Assembly: GCA_964016885.1 (NCBI GenBank)
Contig: OZ024743.1
Span: 175,460,001-175,524,000, forward strand
Direction: 5' to 3'
Source: Eledone cirrhosa
Lineage: Eukaryota
Length of the DNA: 64,000 nucleotides
Shown: positions 57,979-64,000 of the stretch, one piece after another
How positions within the stretch are numbered: position 1 is the first letter of the stretch
Layout of the letters: every line of letters begins with the position of its first letter
Notes under the pieces: model-generated
Seen by the model: only the letters and a program-made list of their open reading frames with translations
What the model was told of the DNA's origin: nothing
Database searches by the model: none
Program-made: the position numbers and the translations under genes

Positions 57979-57981
<3 letters not shown>
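56176..57981. repeat. Tandem repeat, 615-bp unit, about 2.9 apparently identical copies, between (TA)n tracts
   Basis: gaaagatcgagtatcg at 56181, 56796 and 57411. Confidence 0.95.
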
Positions 57982-58034
<53 letters not shown>

Positions 58035-58133
58035 GGACAGGAGTATGTATGTATATACGTGTGTGTCTATATGTGTGTATATGAAGATAAGTAGAGTATG
58101 AAAGTGTATATACATGAATGCGTATGTGGGTAC

Positions 58134-58164
<31 letters not shown>

Positions 58165-58748
58165 TATATGTACATGTATATATTTATCTAAGTATGAGCA
58201 TGTAAGTATGTATATCTGAGTGTATGTATTTGTAGAGGTGTGCATATATGTATGTGTGTGAATTTGTATGTTTAAAAAAAAAAAAGTATATATACACATA
58301 TATCTATGTGTGGGCGAATGGATACACACACTTGAAAGAAAAATTTAAGTCTGTATGTTAATTAAGTGCAAACACAAAACCAACCATACTTATCTTTACT
58401 ATCTCTAATCCTTCTATAGATTTAGAAAAATAACCAACGCCAAATAATGTATTCTATAAAAATGACAAAACAACAGATGGGAATCTAATTACCAACTGCT
58501 ATCAAAAATTTCTATCCACTTCCTTAACTATTCTTCTAACTTCACCCCTCCCTCTTAATATTCTCTATAAAAATCAAACAAGTTCTCAATGAGATTATTC
58601 TGATGAAATGATAGTTGAAAATAACATTGAAATATTGAGTGTCTGCATAATTAATACTTTGTAGATGGCACCCGTTTTCAGGTTATATAACTGTTATTGA
58701 AACACGTGTCAATAAATTCCTTTTACTGAACTGTATCCATTTAAATCC

Positions 58749-58837
<89 letters not shown>

Positions 58838-58842
<5 letters not shown>

Positions 58843-61800
58843 TAATTTAATATATCTACTAACATAAGCGCACAGATGTACGCTAATGCCAGCAAATACA
58901 CAGGTTATGTCATAGTACCTAGGTGGTTCAATGCAGGAGAATGCAGAACAATAATATAAAAGACGTAAAATAAGAAAATCTTTAAAAAAATTTTTAAAAA
59001 AAAATTAACTTACATAAATTTTCACTCCAACTAATTAGTTTCTGCAATGGGATAAAGACAGTTACGTAATGAACTGTTGAGAATTTCATTGCGTCATCAG
59101 GGAGGTCATTCTCAGCCGAGTCTCCAGGCAATGCGCGGACACTGGGGACTCATATAAAAATAATAATAATTCGGTAAATGGAACAGCTATCGAGGACTGG
59201 ATTCCAGCTACTGAAAATCACACTGCCACTGATCATATGGCCGATTCTAAAGAATCAATCATTACGTAACTGTCTTTATCCCATTGCAGAAACTAATTAG
59301 TTGGAGTTAAAATTTAAGTAAGTTAATTTAAAAAAAAATTTTTTTTTTTTTAATTTTCTTATTTTACGTCTTTTATATTATTGTTCTGCATTCTCCAGCA
59401 TTGAACCACCTAGGTACTATGACATAACCTGTGTATTTGCTGGCATTAGCGTACATCTGTGCGCTTATGTTAGTAGATATATTAAATTATCTATATTTAT
59501 CTCCAAATCACTGATTTGTCGAGCAAACCTGCCAAAACCACTTCTAAATTTTTTTTTGCGGGGTGTTAGTAGGCGTCTGTCATCTTACCATCCCATTCCT
59601 ACTGACTAGCCTCTGTGTCACGTGATTGATTCTTTAGAATCGGCCATATGATCAGTGGCAGTGTGAATTTTCAGTAGCTGGAATCCAGTCCTCGATAGCT
59701 GTTCCATTTACCGAATTATTATTATTTTTATATGAGTCCCCAGTGTCCGTGCATTGCCTGGAGACTCGGCTGAGAATGAGCTCCCTGATGACGCAATGAA
59801 ATTCTCAACAGTTCATTACGTAACTGTCTTTATCCCATTGCAGAAACTAATTAGTTGGAGTGAAAATTTAAGTAAGTTAATTTTTTAAAAAATTAAAAAA
59901 AAAAAAATTTCTTATTTTACGTCTTTTATATTATTGTTCTGCATTCTCCTGCATTGAACCACCTAGGTACTATGACATAACCTGTGTATTTGCTGGCATT
60001 AGCGTACATCTGTGCGCTTATGTTAGTAGATATATTAAATTATCTATATTTATCTCCAAATCACTGATTTGTCGAGCAAACCTGCCAAAACCACTTCTAA
60101 ATTTTTTTTGGGGGGGGTGTTAGTAGGCGTCTGTCATCTTACCATCCCATTCCTACTGACTAGCCTCTGTGTCACGTGATTGATTCTTTAGAATCGGCCA
60201 TATGATCAGTGGCAGTGTGAATTTTCAGTAGCTGGAATCCAGTCCTCGATAGCTGTTCCATTTACCGAATTATTATTATTTTTATATGAGTCCCCAGTGT
60301 CCGCGCATTGCCTGGAGACTCGGCTGAGAATGACCTCCCTGATGACGCAATGAAATTCTCAACAGTTCATTAGGTAACTGTCTTTATCCCATTGCAGAAA
60401 CTAATTAGTTGGAGTGAAAATTTATGTAAGTTAATTTTTTAAAAAATTTTTTTAAAAAATTTCTTATTTTACGTCTTTTATATTATTGTTATGCATTCTC
60501 CTGCATTGAACCACCTAGGTACTATGACATAACCTGTGTATTTGCTGGCATTAGCGTACATCTGTGCGCTTATGTTAGTAGATATATTAAATTATCTATA
60601 TTTATCTCCAAATCACTAATTTGTCGAGCAAACCTGCCAAAACCACTTCTAAATTTTTTTTGCGGGGTGTTAGTAGGCGTCTGTCATCTTACCATCCCAT
60701 TCCTACTGACTAGCCTCTGTGTCACGTGATTGATTCTTTAGAATCGGCCATATGATCAGTGGCAGTGTGAATTTTCAGTAGCTGGAATCCAGTCCTCGAT
60801 AGCTGTTCCATTTACCGAATTATTATTATTTTTATATGAGTCCCCAGTGTCCGTGCATTGCCTGGAGACTCGGCTGAGAATGAGCTCCCTGATGACGCAA
60901 TGAAATTCTCAACAGTTCATTACGTAACTGTCTTTATCCCATTGCAGAAACTAATTAGTTGGAGTGAAAATTTAAGTAAGTTAATTTTTTAAAAAATTAA
61001 AAAAAAAAAAAATTTCTTATTTTACGTCTTTTATATTATTGTTCTGCATTCTCCTGCATTGAACCACCTAGGTACTATGACATAACCTGTGTATTTGCTG
61101 GCATTAGCGTACATCTGTGCGCTTATGTTAGTAGATATATTAAATTATCTATATTTATCTCCAAATCACTGATTTGTCGAGCAAACCTGCCAAAACCACT
61201 TCTAAATTTTTTTTTTGGGGGGGGTGTTAGTAGGCGTCTGTCATCTTACCATCCCATTCCTACTGACTAGCCTCTGTGTCACGTGATTGATTCTTTAGAA
61301 TCGGCCATATGATCAGTGGCAGTGTGAATTTTCAGTAGCTGGAATCCAGTCCTCGATAGCTGTTCCATTTACCGAATTATTATTATTTTTATATGAGTCC
61401 CCAGTGTCCGCGCATTGCCTGGAGACTCGGCTGAGAATGACCTCCCTGATGACGCAATGAAATTCTCAACAGTTCATTAGGTAACTGTCTTTATCCCATT
61501 GCAGAAACTAATTAGTTGGAGTGAAAATTTATGTAAGTTAATTTTTAAAAAAATTTTTTTAAAAAATTTCTTATTTTACGTCTTTTATATTATTGTTATG
61601 TATTCTCCTGCATTGAACCACCTAGGTACTATGACATAACCTGTGTATTTGCTGGCATTAGCGTACATCTGTGCGCTTATGTTAGTAGATATATTAAATT
61701 ATCTATATTTATCTCCAAATCACTAATTTGTCGAGCAAACCTGCCAAAACCACTTCTAAATTTTTTTTGCGGGGTGTTAGTAGGCGTCTGTCATCTTACC

Positions 61801-62136
61801 ATCCCATTCCTACTGACTAGCCTCTGTGTCACGTGATTGATTCTTTAGAATCGGCCATATGATCAGTGGCAGTGTGAATTTTCAGTAGCTGAAATCCAGT
61901 CCTCGATAGCTGTTCCATTTACCGAATTATTATTATTTTTATATGAGTCCCCAGTGTCCGCGCATTGCCTGGAGACTCGGCTGAGAATGACCTCCCTGAT
62001 GACGCAATGACATTCTCAACAGTTCATTACGTAACTGTCTTTATCCCATTGCAGAAACTAATTAGTTGGAGTGAAAATTTAAGTAAGTTAGTTAATTTAA
62101 AAAAAAAAATTTCTTTTTAAATTTTCTTATTTTACG

Positions 62137-62140
<4 letters not shown>
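58838..62140. repeat. Tandem array of 550-557-bp units (about 5.2 copies) preceded by an inverted partial unit (58838-59258), between (TA)n tracts
   Basis: cgtgattgattctttag at 59621, 60175, 60725, 61282 and 61832; variants alternate; 58838-59258 is a reverse complement of part of the unit. Confidence 0.95.
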
Positions 62141-62205
<65 letters not shown>

Positions 62206-62229
62206 CATATATATATATATATTTATATA

Positions 62230-62335
<106 letters not shown>

Positions 62336-62814
62336 TATATTTATATGTATATATATATATTTATATATATATACACACAGACACACACACACACACATAC
62401 CCATATATATATATAAAGAGAAAGAGTGTGTGAGAAAGAGTGAGAAAGAGATACAGAGGGAGATAACGCTAAGATAATAAAATAAAATAAATGAAAAGAG
62501 ACACCTAACAAAGGAAGGAATAACAATACTAAAGACAATAGTAATGCTAATAAGATATCTGGCAGCAATGGTGGAAATATAAAGCATAGATTTAAAAATA
62601 TAATCAACATAAATATTAAAAGAAATAATTAATATTTAAAGAAAACCATAGATGTTAAAATGCAATATGTATGTTAAGAAAGCAGAATAGATATTAAAAC
62701 TGTAGATGTTTCAGACATAGATAATATTTAAAAAATCAGAATGAATGTTAAAAAACAGCACAGATGTTCATAAAACAGCATAGACATATATATTTTAAAT
62801 CATTAAGCTAACAA

Positions 62815-62905
62815 AAGTCTGATGAGCTTTTGATTCCAGAGTCGGGCATGATCGATAGAGATCGAACCTTGAGCTGATCGATCAATCGCGAAACGCGCGT
62901 CACAC
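62815..62905 (+). ncRNA. Hammerhead ribozyme motif with extended stem II
   Basis: CTGATGA gc ttttgat...atcaatc gc GAAAC GCGC GTC; palindromic loop 3; stem I weak (2 bp). Confidence 0.6.
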
Positions 62906-63049
62906 CTGGATAAACTTAATGAAAATTTGACACCTCGTCCATACATATTATTATCAATACACTCCAGAGTACATAATGGAGACTACGCATCGTGTGCTCA
63001 CTTTGGTGAACCAACAGTATTTAGACGTTGCAATCCCTAAACTATCGAC

Positions 63050-63243
63050 AGTCGATCGACTTTCGTCTAATCGGACCTAGGAAACAATGTTTCTGTTGGT
63101 CTTTCCATTTGCTAATACTATATATCGGTCGCAAATCCAGGTAGAAGTAGCAACATGGAATAAAGTGTCTTGCTCAAGGATATAACGTATTGCCCAGTCC
63201 AGTAATCGAACTCACAAGCTCACGATTGCGAATCCAATTCTCT
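63050..63243 (-). mobile_element. Family B SINE
   Basis: Reverse complement of about 42640-42830. Confidence 0.82.
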
Positions 63244-63614
63244 CTATATATCCCTAAACTATATCTATATATAGAGAGAGACCAAAATCTGGATAAGAAG
63301 GAGCAAACGCTGCAGATGACGGGAACTCTAGTTCCATCGTGGAAGTCCACGCATTATGCAACTTGTTAAGTAACTTCCATAGGTCTCCAAAACGTATCGG
63401 AGATTTTTATCGGTTATATCGATTCTAATCAACACAAGACGACCCAGGTTAGTTTTCAACCTTTCTGTATTTATTATTGTTGTGGGGAAAAGTATTGCCA
63501 CTGCCTTAGGTCGTTTTTCTTGGTGTCAAACCTTTTCACTTTTGTGTTTACTCTGGACGATAATGTATTAACTCGAATAGTACCTGTTGTATTTCAGCTA
63601 CAAATTCGATTTAT

Positions 63615-63674
<60 letters not shown>

Positions 63675-63676
<2 letters not shown>

Positions 63677-63866
63677 GGAAAAGGTATGACCCCGACGGCA
63701 GAGCTCAAGCCGTTTCGACGGCTATTTCTGGACCACAAATAGCCGTCGAAACGGCTTGCGCTCTGCCGTCGGGGTCATACCTTTTCCTATTACCCACTCT
63801 ACTACCCTAAGTATTGAGTACTCTGGTGTGTTATGGTCCATCTGATTCCTTACCACAATTCCTTCG

Positions 63867-63868
<2 letters not shown>
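63675..63868. mobile_element. Fold-back pLTR-like module (inverted repeat 63675-63789) between (TA)n tracts
   Basis: 53-bp arms; forward part matches 24658-24788. Confidence 0.8.
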
Positions 63869-63924
<56 letters not shown>

Positions 63925-63964
63925 TTACACAACACACACACACACACACACACATATATATGTA

Positions 63965-63999
<35 letters not shown>

Positions 64000-64000
64000 A

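Noticed and set aside
58596-58640. CTGATGA aatg...catt GAAATATT motif
   Set aside because: Stem I barely pairs and the AT-rich context makes chance plausible; not counted as a ribozyme.

Overview
Eukaryotic, AT-rich, repeat-saturated DNA with no recognisable intact host gene. The SINE families and microsatellite load suggest an octopod cephalopod (inference from remembered repeat motifs). Bases 1-17.8 kb are a cryptic (CAA/CAC)n trinucleotide array with segmental duplications and two inverted (TTG) blocks. Bases 17.8-64 kb are a mosaic of microsatellites, two tRNA-derived SINE families and decayed transposons: Penelope-like elements (PLEs: one RT fragment, two GIY-YIG fragments, one Naiad-like), R4/Dong-type LINEs, an RTE LINE end with non-autonomous derivatives, a hAT-type transposase fragment and Helitron pieces. 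The main hidden signal is a dense set (about 15) of minimal type-I hammerhead-ribozyme motifs, several with palindromic stem III and some with the compensatory U3-A8 core variant. They sit in short fold-back or tandem modules usually bounded by (TA)n, and the inversion junctions repeatedly fall inside the ribozyme itself. Nearly all supplied ORFs are simple-repeat artefacts. All calls were made by eye; boundaries are approximate.
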